Virus record (IMG/VR): IMGVR_UViG_3300044501_000006 | Span: 1 to 44,215 of that record | Strand: one strand, 5' to 3' | Length of the DNA stretch: 44,215 nt | Source: a virus | Shown: piece by piece, positions 9,627 through 17,177 of the stretch | How positions within the stretch are numbered: the stretch's first letter is position 1 | How the letters are laid out: each line of letters opens with the position of its first letter | Position numbers and translations under genes: made by a program | Notes under the pieces: generated by a model | What the model was told of the DNA's origin: nothing | Databases searched by the model: none | The model's input: only the letters and a program-made list of their open reading frames with translations

Positions 9627-11575
9627 TTCCGGTACCGCTCTCCTTCCCACGCTTCCAAGTCCACAGGGCACCCGGCCGCCCACGCGGGCACCTCGTCGGT
9701 CGCCAAGTGTATGAATTCATCCACATTGCCGTGCCCGTCCGGCACCTCCGCAACAATCTCGTCGTGCACCGTGAGCACGGGCGGATAGCCGGCCATCTCC
9801 AACCGCCGCATCCCGTCCGCCATGATGTCGCGCGCGAGCGCTTGCACGATGTTCTCCACCAGGAGCCCGCCGTAGACCGGGTACGTGACCCACCGTTTCG
9901 TCTGCGGGTCCCGTCCCTGCACCACGACCGCGTCGCGCAGTTCCCCCCACGGTGTGCGACGCGGCCGAATCTGTGGACGCGCGTAGCAGAGCGGGCGCCC
10001 GCTCGGCAGCAGCAGGTACAGGTAGCCGCCCCGGAACGTGAACGCGCCGCCCCGGTGCCGCTGCACGCTGCCCGGCGTCTGCACGGCCGCCATCGCAGCC
10101 GCACCAACATCGTGCCACAGTTTCACCACGGCCGGCATCATCTCCCGGTACGTGTGCACGGACCGCTCGGCCAATTCCTCCCCCACGTCGTGCCCCTCCT
10201 TCTCGATGATCTGTGCGCGGAACTTCTCGGCGCCCATACCGTACCCGCACCCGAGTACTGTGTCCTTCCCCATCTTGTACCGGGGGTCCGACTTCGATGT
10301 GATCGTGCCGGGCGTGAGGCCATAGATCGCTTCTCCCATCGGCGGGTAGGGTGATTGTCCCGCACGGAACAGGGCCGTCAGGTCGTCCTGGCCCGCGCAC
10401 CACGCGAGCACACGCGCCTCGATCTGCGCGTAATCGCCCACGACAAGGCGGTGCCCCGGTGCCGCGACGAACATGCCGCGCAGCGTGGCCGCGACCACCA
10501 TGAGCGGCGGGGCCAACAGGTCCAGGCCGTCATAGTCGCGCGCGCGGATGAATGTCAGGTACGGAGCGTAGTTCACTTCACCGCGCGGGAAGTTCTGCGG
10601 CTGTACCCGGCGCGCGCTCCAGCGGCCCGTATCAGCGCCGAAGAACTGGAGGAGACCACGCGCGCGCCCGTCCGCGCTGCGCGCGTCCAGTGCCGCCCTC
10701 AACTTTCCGACGCTCGCCTTGCCTGCCTCCTGCCGCTGTTCCAGCGCGGCGCGTACATCAACGGGCACGTCGCCCGCGAGCAGGTCACGCACGACCGCCT
10801 TGCGGACTCCATCGCACGGGACGCCGCGCTCCTGTACCCACGCGGCCAGGTCCGCCACCTTCGTGACCGCGTCCACGCGTCCATCCGTCACCACGTAGAG
10901 TCGTTCCCCCGCACGACGCAGTCCCTCGTCCGCGATCACGCGCAGGTCACGTACGAGCGGCGCGTCGATGCACACGCCCCGATCGTTCATCCGCGCGTCC
11001 ATCAGTTGGTTCGCACGTTCGCCGGGCGTGAGCCGACGCACGACGCGCGCGAGCGCGCGCTCGGTGCGCACGTCCTGCTGGCAGTACGCGTAGAGCCGCT
11101 GCAACCGTTCTGGTACGTCCCACCATGCGACCGTGTTGCCGCGCCGCGAGCGCGGTTTCGCCATGCGCAGGACGAACAGGTGGCCGGGGTCGTCCTTCTG
11201 CTCAGACACGCCCACCACGCGCGCCGCGTCCCCCAGGCCGCGCGGCAACCCCATCGCGCCCGCCTCCACCATCGTGTCCTGCCACTGCTCCAGGTCCGGC
11301 GTCGGTAGGTCTCGACGCTTCCCTAGCGCTTCGCGCCACACGATGCGCTCGAATCCGAGCGCGTTCCAGCCCCGGAACTCGGCGCCCTCCAGCACGGCGA
11401 GCGCAAGATCAGTTGGGAACGGTAGGTCCGGCGTCCAGAGCCGGGGCTCCTCGTCGTCCACGGCCCAAGCAAGGCACCACACGTCCGTGAGCGGGTGCTC
11501 CGCGTACGCGTGGACGCCCGCACGCCGCAGGTCCACAACGGAGCGCGTCTCAAAGTCGCAAGAAATGGTCGTCAA
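9623..11575 (-). CDS. Family A DNA polymerase with 3'-5' exonuclease domain (650 aa)
   Basis: Exo I DFETRS at codons 7-12; Exo III YCQQDVR; Pol motif A VVGDYAQIEARVLAW; motif B RYKMGKDTVLGCGYGMG; motif C LTVHDEIV. The only possible start is TTG 11575. Confidence 0.95.
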   Translation of the reverse strand: MTTISCDFETRSVVDLRRAGVHAYAEHPLTDVWCLAWAVDDEEPRLWTPDLPFPTDLALAVLEGAEFRGWNALGFERIVWREALGKRRDLPTPDLEQWQDTMVEAGAMGLPRGLGDAARVVGVSEQKDDPGHLFVLRMAKPRSRRGNTVAWWDVPERLQRLYAYCQQDVRTERALARVVRRLTPGERANQLMDARMNDRGVCIDAPLVRDLRVIADEGLRRAGERLYVVTDGRVDAVTKVADLAAWVQERGVPCDGVRKAVVRDLLAGDVPVDVRAALEQRQEAGKASVGKLRAALDARSADGRARGLLQFFGADTGRWSARRVQPQNFPRGEVNYAPYLTFIRARDYDGLDLLAPPLMVVAATLRGMFVAAPGHRLVVGDYAQIEARVLAWCAGQDDLTALFRAGQSPYPPMGEAIYGLTPGTITSKSDPRYKMGKDTVLGCGYGMGAEKFRAQIIEKEGHDVGEELAERSVHTYREMMPAVVKLWHDVGAAAMAAVQTPGSVQRHRGGAFTFRGGYLYLLLPSGRPLCYARPQIRPRRTPWGELRDAVVVQGRDPQTKRWVTYPVYGGLLVENIVQALARDIMADGMRRLEMAGYPPVLTVHDEIVAEVPDGHGNVDEFIHLATDEVPAWAAGCPVDLEAWEGERYRK

Positions 11576-11576
11576 G

Positions 11577-11650
11577 AGGCCAGGGCCGGACTCGAACCGG
11601 CGACCTGCGGTTTACAAGACCGCTGCTCTACCAACTGAGCTACGCTGGCC
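11577..11650 (-). tRNA. tRNA-Thr (anticodon UGU), canonical body, one extra unpaired C in the 5' acceptor strand, no encoded CCA
   Basis: Minus strand: GGCCAG-C-G TA GCTC AGTTGGTA GAGC A GCGGT CTTGTAA ACCGC AGGTC GCCGG TTCGAGT CCGGC CCTGGCC T. U8, A14, G18G19, the T-loop and U33 are all canonical. Confidence 0.85.
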
Positions 11651-11660
11651 TGTACTGGGG

Positions 11661-12326
11661 TCAGAACGGGATGTCGCCCCCGATGTCGCCCCCGATCAGA
11701 CCGTCCAATGAGGCCGGCACCTCGTCCAGCCCGGCCTCGAACTCGTTCTCGGCCGCGACGCGGTTGTCAAGCCGCGCGCCGTCCCGCACGCGCTGCACGT
11801 TACCGAGCCCGACACCGATCCCCTTGTTGCCCTTGCGATCGTAGTAGAAGAAGTTCACCGACGCGATCACGGTGCTGCCGGAGTACATCTCGAACCGGCC
11901 GCCCACCACCTGATCCTCCTCCGTGATGACGCGCGGCTTGCCCGTCGCCGGGTCCTGCACGTTCGCGACAACACCGGGCCGCTGCTTGGAGCGCGCGTTG
12001 AAGAATGTGCTCCCCTCGGGGTACCCGCGCGCCTCCCAATCCGCACGGAACGGCATGCGCAACTTACCCGTGCGAATCGCTTCCACCGCCTTCTCCTGCC
12101 CCAGCTTGTTGACGGCCGCCTGCACCGCCGCGCGCTTCATGGCCGCGTACGCGGGCGTCTGCTGCGCCGCTGTCGTAAACACGAGCGCCGCCGAATACTT
12201 CTCGGCCTGTGGCGCTTCTCCTTCTTCCTGCGGGCCACTGTCCGGGACGAACAGGCGCGGGAAGCTGAGAATCGCTTCCGGGGTAATGACGCGCGTGCCC
12301 TGCTTCTGCTTCGCTGCCTCTGCCAT
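11661..12326 (-). CDS. ssDNA-binding protein, DUF2815 / gp2.5-like type, with a bacterial-SSB-like C-terminal tip
   Basis: RVITPEAILSFPRLFVP start and context (between the DUF2800 nuclease and the polymerase) are typical of DUF2815. C-terminus GGDIGGDIPF ends in DIPF. Confidence 0.85.
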   Translation of the reverse strand: MAEAAKQKQGTRVITPEAILSFPRLFVPDSGPQEEGEAPQAEKYSAALVFTTAAQQTPAYAAMKRAAVQAAVNKLGQEKAVEAIRTGKLRMPFRADWEARGYPEGSTFFNARSKQRPGVVANVQDPATGKPRVITEEDQVVGGRFEMYSGSTVIASVNFFYYDRKGNKGIGVGLGNVQRVRDGARLDNRVAAENEFEAGLDEVPASLDGLIGGDIGGDIPF

Positions 12327-12351
12327 GTGGGCTCCTCTCGTTGTGCCGCGT

Positions 12352-13587
12352 TCAGTCGTTCGCTAGTTCAGCGGGCGGCAGGGCCGCGAACTCGTGCTCG
12401 GGCGCAATCAGTGCGGCCGGGCGTGAATCACTTTCATGTGCGAGCGTGTAGCCGGACGACACCTTCTCGGCCAAGTCCTCCGGCACCTTGATGCCGAGCG
12501 GCTTCAGCACCAGTTCCAGTTGCCGGGGGCTGCGCAACTTTGTCTCGTACGCGTACGAGACCAGGCCGTTCATGAGCGCGAAGTTCTCAACACGATCGAC
12601 ATCGACCCACTGCCGATTCGCCTTCTTCGCGACCAGCTTGTAGCCGGGCACCGGCTCGCCCCGTTCCAGGCGCGCCTGCGCGGTCGCGCGCACTGCGCGC
12701 AAGTACCCTTCGATGATGTCCACATTGTCCAACACATGTGTCAACGTCTCGACCGGCAGCGTGTTCGGGTCCGGTGGTAACAGGGTCGGCAGCGTGTCGA
12801 ATTCGATCTGCGCTGCCTCCTGCGCCGCGCGCGCGAGGGCTGGACACCGCCCCGCTGCCGGACAGAACCGGCAGTGGTCGCCCGGCATGAGCGGTGCGTT
12901 GGGCGCCATCGTGCGGTGCGCCGCCGCGAGCAGGTCGGCCGTGAACCCGAGCAGATCGTCGTACGCCACGGTCCAGCGACGCACGGGGCCGTCCACGTGG
13001 TACGCGCGCGGCTGCATGATCACGATCTCCACCTCAACGATGCGGCCCCGGTGCTCAGGGTGATCGCGCTCGATCTGCAGCAGCGCACCGAGCGCGTAGT
13101 ACTGCGCCTGCGCATTATCCACCGCCTCCACGACGACGCCCGCGCCCGTTTTCAGGTCCGCTACTATCAGACGCAGCACCTCACCGTCCCCATTCTCGGT
13201 GTTGGGAATCACCTGTAGGGCCACGAGATCGGCCGTACCGTACATGGGCGCGGGCGGGTTCAGCGTGTCCAATGAGAAACTGTGTTCGATCCGCATGGGC
13301 TCGATAATGCCGGGCCGCCGCATAATTTCCCGCGCGTAGTCCACGTACCTGTCGGCCGCGTCCAGCACATCCTCGGGCGGCACCACGCCCTCTGGTGGTG
13401 GCCATGATCCATTACCACTCAACTGCAGGGCCGCGTACGCGTGCGCTAACATGCCGTCGCGCGCGTACTCGGACTCAATCTCCTGCAGACCAGCGGACAG
13501 GCGCACGCTGCCAGGGCACGCCATCCATCGTTCCGCCTTGGACGCGCCCAGGTCCGCGTGCGGCTGCAACGCGACGCCCGTTGTCAT
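12352..13587 (-). CDS. DUF2800-type PD-(D/E)XK (Cas4-like) exonuclease
   Basis: N-terminus HADLGASKAERWMACPGSVRL matches the DUF2800 signature; C-terminal Cys cluster CRFCPAAGRCPA; classic synteny with DUF2815 SSB and PolA. Confidence 0.85.
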   Translation of the reverse strand: MTTGVALQPHADLGASKAERWMACPGSVRLSAGLQEIESEYARDGMLAHAYAALQLSGNGSWPPPEGVVPPEDVLDAADRYVDYAREIMRRPGIIEPMRIEHSFSLDTLNPPAPMYGTADLVALQVIPNTENGDGEVLRLIVADLKTGAGVVVEAVDNAQAQYYALGALLQIERDHPEHRGRIVEVEIVIMQPRAYHVDGPVRRWTVAYDDLLGFTADLLAAAHRTMAPNAPLMPGDHCRFCPAAGRCPALARAAQEAAQIEFDTLPTLLPPDPNTLPVETLTHVLDNVDIIEGYLRAVRATAQARLERGEPVPGYKLVAKKANRQWVDVDRVENFALMNGLVSYAYETKLRSPRQLELVLKPLGIKVPEDLAEKVSSGYTLAHESDSRPAALIAPEHEFAALPPAELAND

Positions 13588-14120
13588 GTGGTAGCGAGCG
13601 GCAGAGGTGCCGGCGTCTCCCGCTCCAACTCGGCCAGGAACGTGGCCAGCACGTCCCCCGACATGTCCTTCACGCGCTTCACCTCGTACGCTTGCAACTT
13701 CTTCAAGAGCGCGACCGTACCCTCCTTGTGCGCGGCCGTAAAGGCGCGCACCACCTGCACCATGCGCGCGTCCGACGTGTCCACAGGCGGCGCTGGTGGC
13801 AGCGCGGGGGGTAGTGCAGCACTCTCTGGTAACTTCTCTGGCAGTCGCGCTTGTGCCCTCGCGGCGGCGCCGCGCCGCTGGCGTGGCTTTGAGTCCTTAG
13901 CGCCCACAGGGCGGCCGGGCGCCTTCTTCTCCGGCTCGGGCGACGCTGCCGCCGCCTCCTCCACCGCCCCTAATTCCACAGCCGTGACACCGTAGTCAGT
14001 GCTCGGTAGCGCCACCATCCCCTCTAGCACGACTCTTGGAGATGCCTCAACACGTTGGCCTATGCCCTGCGCGAAGGACAATACCTCGTTCCACGAACTG
14101 AATTCCATGACGATCCGCAT
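13584..14120 (-). CDS. Hypothetical protein (about 178 aa) with a Pro/Ala-rich central linker
   Basis: ORF 13584..14138. ATG 14120 preferred (AGGAGA upstream); GTG 14138 (GTGA overlap with the SNF2 stop) is also possible. Its stop overlaps the DUF2800 ATG (ATGA). Confidence 0.6.
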   Translation of the reverse strand: MRIVMEFSSWNEVLSFAQGIGQRVEASPRVVLEGMVALPSTDYGVTAVELGAVEEAAAASPEPEKKAPGRPVGAKDSKPRQRRGAAARAQARLPEKLPESAALPPALPPAPPVDTSDARMVQVVRAFTAAHKEGTVALLKKLQAYEVKRVKDMSGDVLATFLAELERETPAPLPLATT

Positions 14121-14134
14121 AGGAAAATATCTCC

Positions 14135-15388
14135 TCACACGTGCAACAGTTCGCCCTCCATCTGCATCTTGCGGCGCAGCACGCCAACCACAGCATCATC
14201 AATCGTGCCGCGCAGTACGCACTGGCGCACACGGCACGGGTGCTCCTGGCCGATGCGCAGAATGCGGCGCGCGGCCTGCACGTTCACGCTCGGGCTCCAG
14301 TCCTGTTCCACCTGCACCATCTCGTGCGCGGCCGTGAGCGTAATGGCCTCGCCGGCCGCGCGCAACTGCCCCAAGAACACGCGCACAGCGGGATCGTGCT
14401 GAAACCGCTGTACGACGGCTGGGCGCGTTCCCACCGAGGTGCCCCCATCCAAACGTACGCAGCCGAACTCTCGCAAACGGTCCTGCAACACGTTCAGCAC
14501 GTCCGTGTGGTACGCCATCACAACCACTTTCCCCAACGCACCATAGTACAGTTCCTCCGCGATCTGCTTCACGGCCGGCACCGCCTTGGCCACGCCCACC
14601 TCTCGGCGCAGCGTCGCCAAGTAGCCGCCGTCATCACGCGGCAACTCGCCGGCCGCGAGCGTATCCGCGAGCGCCGCGTACTTGACCGGGTCCAGGGCCG
14701 CGAGCCAGTCCGTATCCTGATCGTGCGGCTCCACCTCCAGCGTCTCCCAGCGGAGCGGCGGCAACTGCGCGGCACCGTCCAGACGCCGCAGCATCGGCAG
14801 GGCCGCGAGCAGTTCTCGAAACTCGGGCGCGTTCCGCACGCCGAGCACTTTGATCCCGTACTCGCTCGCGGTCCACACGCAGAAACGGCGCAGGAAATCC
14901 CAGTACTTCACCACACCGCGCTCGCGCAGCAGGTCCGGCCACACGGCGCGCAGCGCGGGGTACAGTTCCGTAGGAAAGTGGTTGGGGAACGGTGTGCCCG
15001 AGAGCATCCACACGCGCTCGCTCCGGTTCGCGAGCGTCATCATCAAGCACGTACGTTTGGCGCCCCGGTTCTTGCCATAGTGCGCTTCGTCCAAGAGCAG
15101 CAGGTCAGCGCTGTACGCTTGCAAGTTATGGAGCCCGATACGCAGAGCGCCATCGTACGAGTGCTGTTGGAACTGTGCGTGCGGGTTCCCCCACGTGGCC
15201 CAGGTGCGCTCCCACACGTCGCGCGCGCTGGCCGGGTGCAGCACGAGCACGCGCTCCACACCCGCGCGCACGGCCGCCGCGCTCGCGATCACGGTCTTGC
15301 CCAGGCCCATGACATGCGCGAGGTACACGCGCCGCAGACCAGCGAGCCGCGTCGCGTCCTCGTCCTGGAACTGGTACAGGTCAGGCAC
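14135..15388 (-). CDS. SNF2-family DEAD/DEAH-box helicase (417 aa)
   Basis: Motif I GLGKTV; motif II LLLDEAHYGKN; motif III LSGTPFPN; C-terminal helicase domain with FLGQLRAAGEAITLT and QAARRILRIGQ. Confidence 0.92.
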   Translation of the reverse strand: MPDLYQFQDEDATRLAGLRRVYLAHVMGLGKTVIASAAAVRAGVERVLVLHPASARDVWERTWATWGNPHAQFQQHSYDGALRIGLHNLQAYSADLLLLDEAHYGKNRGAKRTCLMMTLANRSERVWMLSGTPFPNHFPTELYPALRAVWPDLLRERGVVKYWDFLRRFCVWTASEYGIKVLGVRNAPEFRELLAALPMLRRLDGAAQLPPLRWETLEVEPHDQDTDWLAALDPVKYAALADTLAAGELPRDDGGYLATLRREVGVAKAVPAVKQIAEELYYGALGKVVVMAYHTDVLNVLQDRLREFGCVRLDGGTSVGTRPAVVQRFQHDPAVRVFLGQLRAAGEAITLTAAHEMVQVEQDWSPSVNVQAARRILRIGQEHPCRVRQCVLRGTIDDAVVGVLRRKMQMEGELLHV

Positions 15389-15761
15389 GTTGCTCCCCCA
15401 TCATTAGATGTTTGAGTTCCATCGCGCGCGCGACGCGCCTTGTGAACTCTTGCAGGTCCGCGAGGCGCACCACCACCAGGGCCTCCTCGTTGTCCGCGCG
15501 CAGCACCACGGCCGGCACGGGGGTAGGAAAGAGTTCACGCGCTGAGCGCGGCCACGCGCGTGCGGCCTGGTCCATCCACGCGTACAGCGTGCGCAGCGAC
15601 TTGCGCCGCTTGCACTCCCACGTGATGCCGAGCGCGTCAATGTCCTCACCGCCGTCACGCGCCTGGCCCAGGTGCCGCTCCACCGTTTGCCCGGCCAGGT
15701 TTGAGAGGTAGGTGGCCACCTCGCGCTCGAACTGGGCGCCCTTCTGTCGTTGCGACTTCAC
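15381..15761 (-). CDS. PD-(D/E)XK nuclease, Holliday-junction resolvase (Hjc) / VRR-NUC-like (126 aa)
   Basis: KGAQFEREVATYL...GQTVER...GEDIDALGITWECKRRK fits the E...D...ExK nuclease core. GTG 15761 has GAGGAAGG upstream and a GTGA overlap with the upstream stop. Usual partner of a phage SNF2 helicase. Confidence 0.7.
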   Translation of the reverse strand: MKSQRQKGAQFEREVATYLSNLAGQTVERHLGQARDGGEDIDALGITWECKRRKSLRTLYAWMDQAARAWPRSARELFPTPVPAVVLRADNEEALVVVRLADLQEFTRRVARAMELKHLMMGEQRA

Positions 15762-15961
15762 GCGCCCTTCCTCAGTGTGGTGACATGCTCGCGGATCGCG
15801 CGCGTCAGTTTGCGCCACGCGCTCCACGCGAGCGGTGCCGGGTCGGCCGGCGACATCGCGTCCACCTGCAGCCGCTTGCGCAGATCGCGCTCTACCCGCT
15901 GCATCGCGTCCTCCAGCGCAGCGGCCTCCTCGTTCGTGAACGTCTCTTGCACCTGAATCAT
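15758..15961 (-). CDS. Hypothetical protein (67 aa)
   Basis: ATG ORF coupled at both ends by 4-nt overlaps; helical, charged sequence. Confidence 0.6.
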   Translation of the reverse strand: MIQVQETFTNEEAAALEDAMQRVERDLRKRLQVDAMSPADPAPLAWSAWRKLTRAIREHVTTLRKGA

Positions 15962-16119
15962 CCATCCCCCTCCCGTGGAAACAGGCCCATCTCGTGTCCG
16001 CGACGCAGACGCACTTCCGGGTCCTCCTCAAAGTCCACCTCGCGCGGCCGATCTTCCTTCTCGTAGTCCAGGTTCCAACGCGGACGCCACGGTCGCTGTG
16101 TTACCGCACGATCGCGCAC
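15958..16119 (-). CDS. Hypothetical small charged protein (about 53 aa; start uncertain)
   Basis: ORF 15958..16197. Its 5' part overlaps the better-supported 16101..16430 gene, so GTG 16119 is proposed. The stop overlaps the next ATG. Confidence 0.35.
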   Translation of the reverse strand: MRDRAVTQRPWRPRWNLDYEKEDRPREVDFEEDPEVRLRRGHEMGLFPREGDG

Positions 16120-16430
16120 TGGAGCACCTCGTACCGTAGTGCTCGGTTGTAGCGGAGCACGAGCGTATCGCGCTCTGCCCGCAGGTCGAGGAACCACTGC
16201 TCAGGCACGTACCGGACCTGCCCCGGCGTGAGCAAATCACTAGTCGGCTCACTCGGGGTGCAGATCGTGCCCTCACAGAGCACGATCGTGGCCGGCGTCG
16301 CGATGACCGGAACTGTCCGTGGTACGGGTGGTGCGAGAACGACCACCGCGATGATAGCGGTCGGTAGGGTCACCGCGAGGATAGACCATACGACGCGCCG
16401 CACAGAGTCCAGCCCCAATCCGCTCCTCAC
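16101..16430 (-). CDS. Hypothetical membrane-anchored protein (109 aa; one N-terminal TM helix)
   Basis: VVWSILAVTLPTAIIAVVVLA hydrophobic segment; GTG start in a GTGA overlap with the HD-gene stop. Confidence 0.6.
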   Translation of the reverse strand: MRSGLGLDSVRRVVWSILAVTLPTAIIAVVVLAPPVPRTVPVIATPATIVLCEGTICTPSEPTSDLLTPGQVRYVPEQWFLDLRAERDTLVLRYNRALRYEVLQCAIVR

Positions 16431-17125
16431 AACAGCCTCATGGCCGGCGCATCGTGCGCCCCACGTACCTCGTCGCGCAGGTTGCGCAGCGCGGTCAAGA
16501 ACTCAGCCTCGTCTATCTCCGGCTCGTACGTATGAACGCACAGGCTTACCTCTGCACCTGGCGGCCACGCAGGCCACCGCGACCCCCACCCGTCCGTTGG
16601 GCGCGGCAGGATCGCGTCTCGCTCTAACAACAGCGCGATAGTGTCCGCACGCTTTACCGCACGTATGGGCGCGACCTGTGGCAGTTCAAACGCCACGTTA
16701 ACGGCGTTCTGCACGTGGCTGGCGATGCATTCATACGCCGTCATCCCCCCGCTGGTGATGCGTTCATACGCCGTCATCCCCCCTTGCAGGTGCCACTCGT
16801 GCCGCGCCCTGAGACGCAGGCGCATCTCCGCTTTCAACGGGCTCGACAGGTCGCACAGGTACGCCTCGTGCGCGTCGTGCAGGAGCCCCGCTAGCCGCAC
16901 CGCACACGACTCCTCTCGTAGCAGGTACAGCACGTGCAGGCTGTGCCGCGCCACGCTCAACGTACGTCCGTTGTATCTGGCCTGGCCAGTGAACCGGGGC
17001 ATGTTCGCGAGCCCGCGCGCGATGTCGAGCGGGTGAACATCCACGGCGCTGGGGTTCGTCAGATTGAACTTGCGCCCGGTTGATGTGACGATGTAGTTGT
17101 CGTTCATGTCCCCACCCTCTGACAT
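16427..17125 (-). CDS. HD-domain phosphohydrolase (YfbR/5'-deoxynucleotidase-like) with an internal insertion/duplication
   Basis: ARHSLHV...LLHDAHEAYLCDLSSPLK gives an H...HD...D metal-site pattern. Alternative start ATG 17107. Contains the 33-bp tandem duplication and one arm of the 35-bp inverted repeat. Confidence 0.85.
   Translation of the reverse strand: MSEGGDMNDNYIVTSTGRKFNLTNPSAVDVHPLDIARGLANMPRFTGQARYNGRTLSVARHSLHVLYLLREESCAVRLAGLLHDAHEAYLCDLSSPLKAEMRLRLRARHEWHLQGGMTAYERITSGGMTAYECIASHVQNAVNVAFELPQVAPIRAVKRADTIALLLERDAILPRPTDGWGSRWPAWPPGAEVSLCVHTYEPEIDEAEFLTALRNLRDEVRGAHDAPAMRLL
16727..16792. repeat. In-frame 33-bp tandem duplication inside the HD gene (2 copies)
   Basis: 16727..16750 gcattcatacgccgtcatcccccc versus 16760..16783 gcgttcatacgccgtcatcccccc (23/24 identical). 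Encodes GGMTAYERITS / GGMTAYECIAS. Confidence 0.9.
16784..16818. repeat. Arm A of a perfect 35-bp long-range inverted repeat (partner 18995..19029)
   Basis: Plus strand ttgcaggtgccactcgtgccgcgccctgagacgca; its exact reverse complement occurs at 18995..19029. Confidence 0.95.
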
Positions 17126-17177
17126 CGTCGCAGGGCCACCTGGCTCTCGTCCTCATACTTCTGCCGGCACCGCTGTT

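Noticed and set aside
14141-15415. 424-aa plus-strand ORF antisense to the SNF2 helicase gene
   Set aside because: Arg/His/Pro/Ala-rich low-complexity translation typical of the antisense frame in high-GC DNA. It fully overlaps a motif-supported helicase gene and has no recognisable motifs.
15762-16031. N-terminal extensions of several longest ORFs (for example 15381..16031, 17178..18257, 18035..18400, 18586..19164, 19053..19559, 4960..5346, 25169.., 32255.., 36495..)
   Set aside because: The extensions overlap the upstream gene, are Arg/Gly/His-rich, and internal starts give exact ATGA/GTGA coupling and often a Shine-Dalgarno. The shorter models were adopted.
6606-17125. Z-genome (2-aminoadenine) biosynthesis, suggested by an HD hydrolase plus a DUF5664-like NTP-PPase
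   Set aside because: No PurZ/adenylosuccinate-synthetase-like ORF (none of suitable size or motifs) is present, so the idea is kept only as a general dNTP-pool hypothesis.
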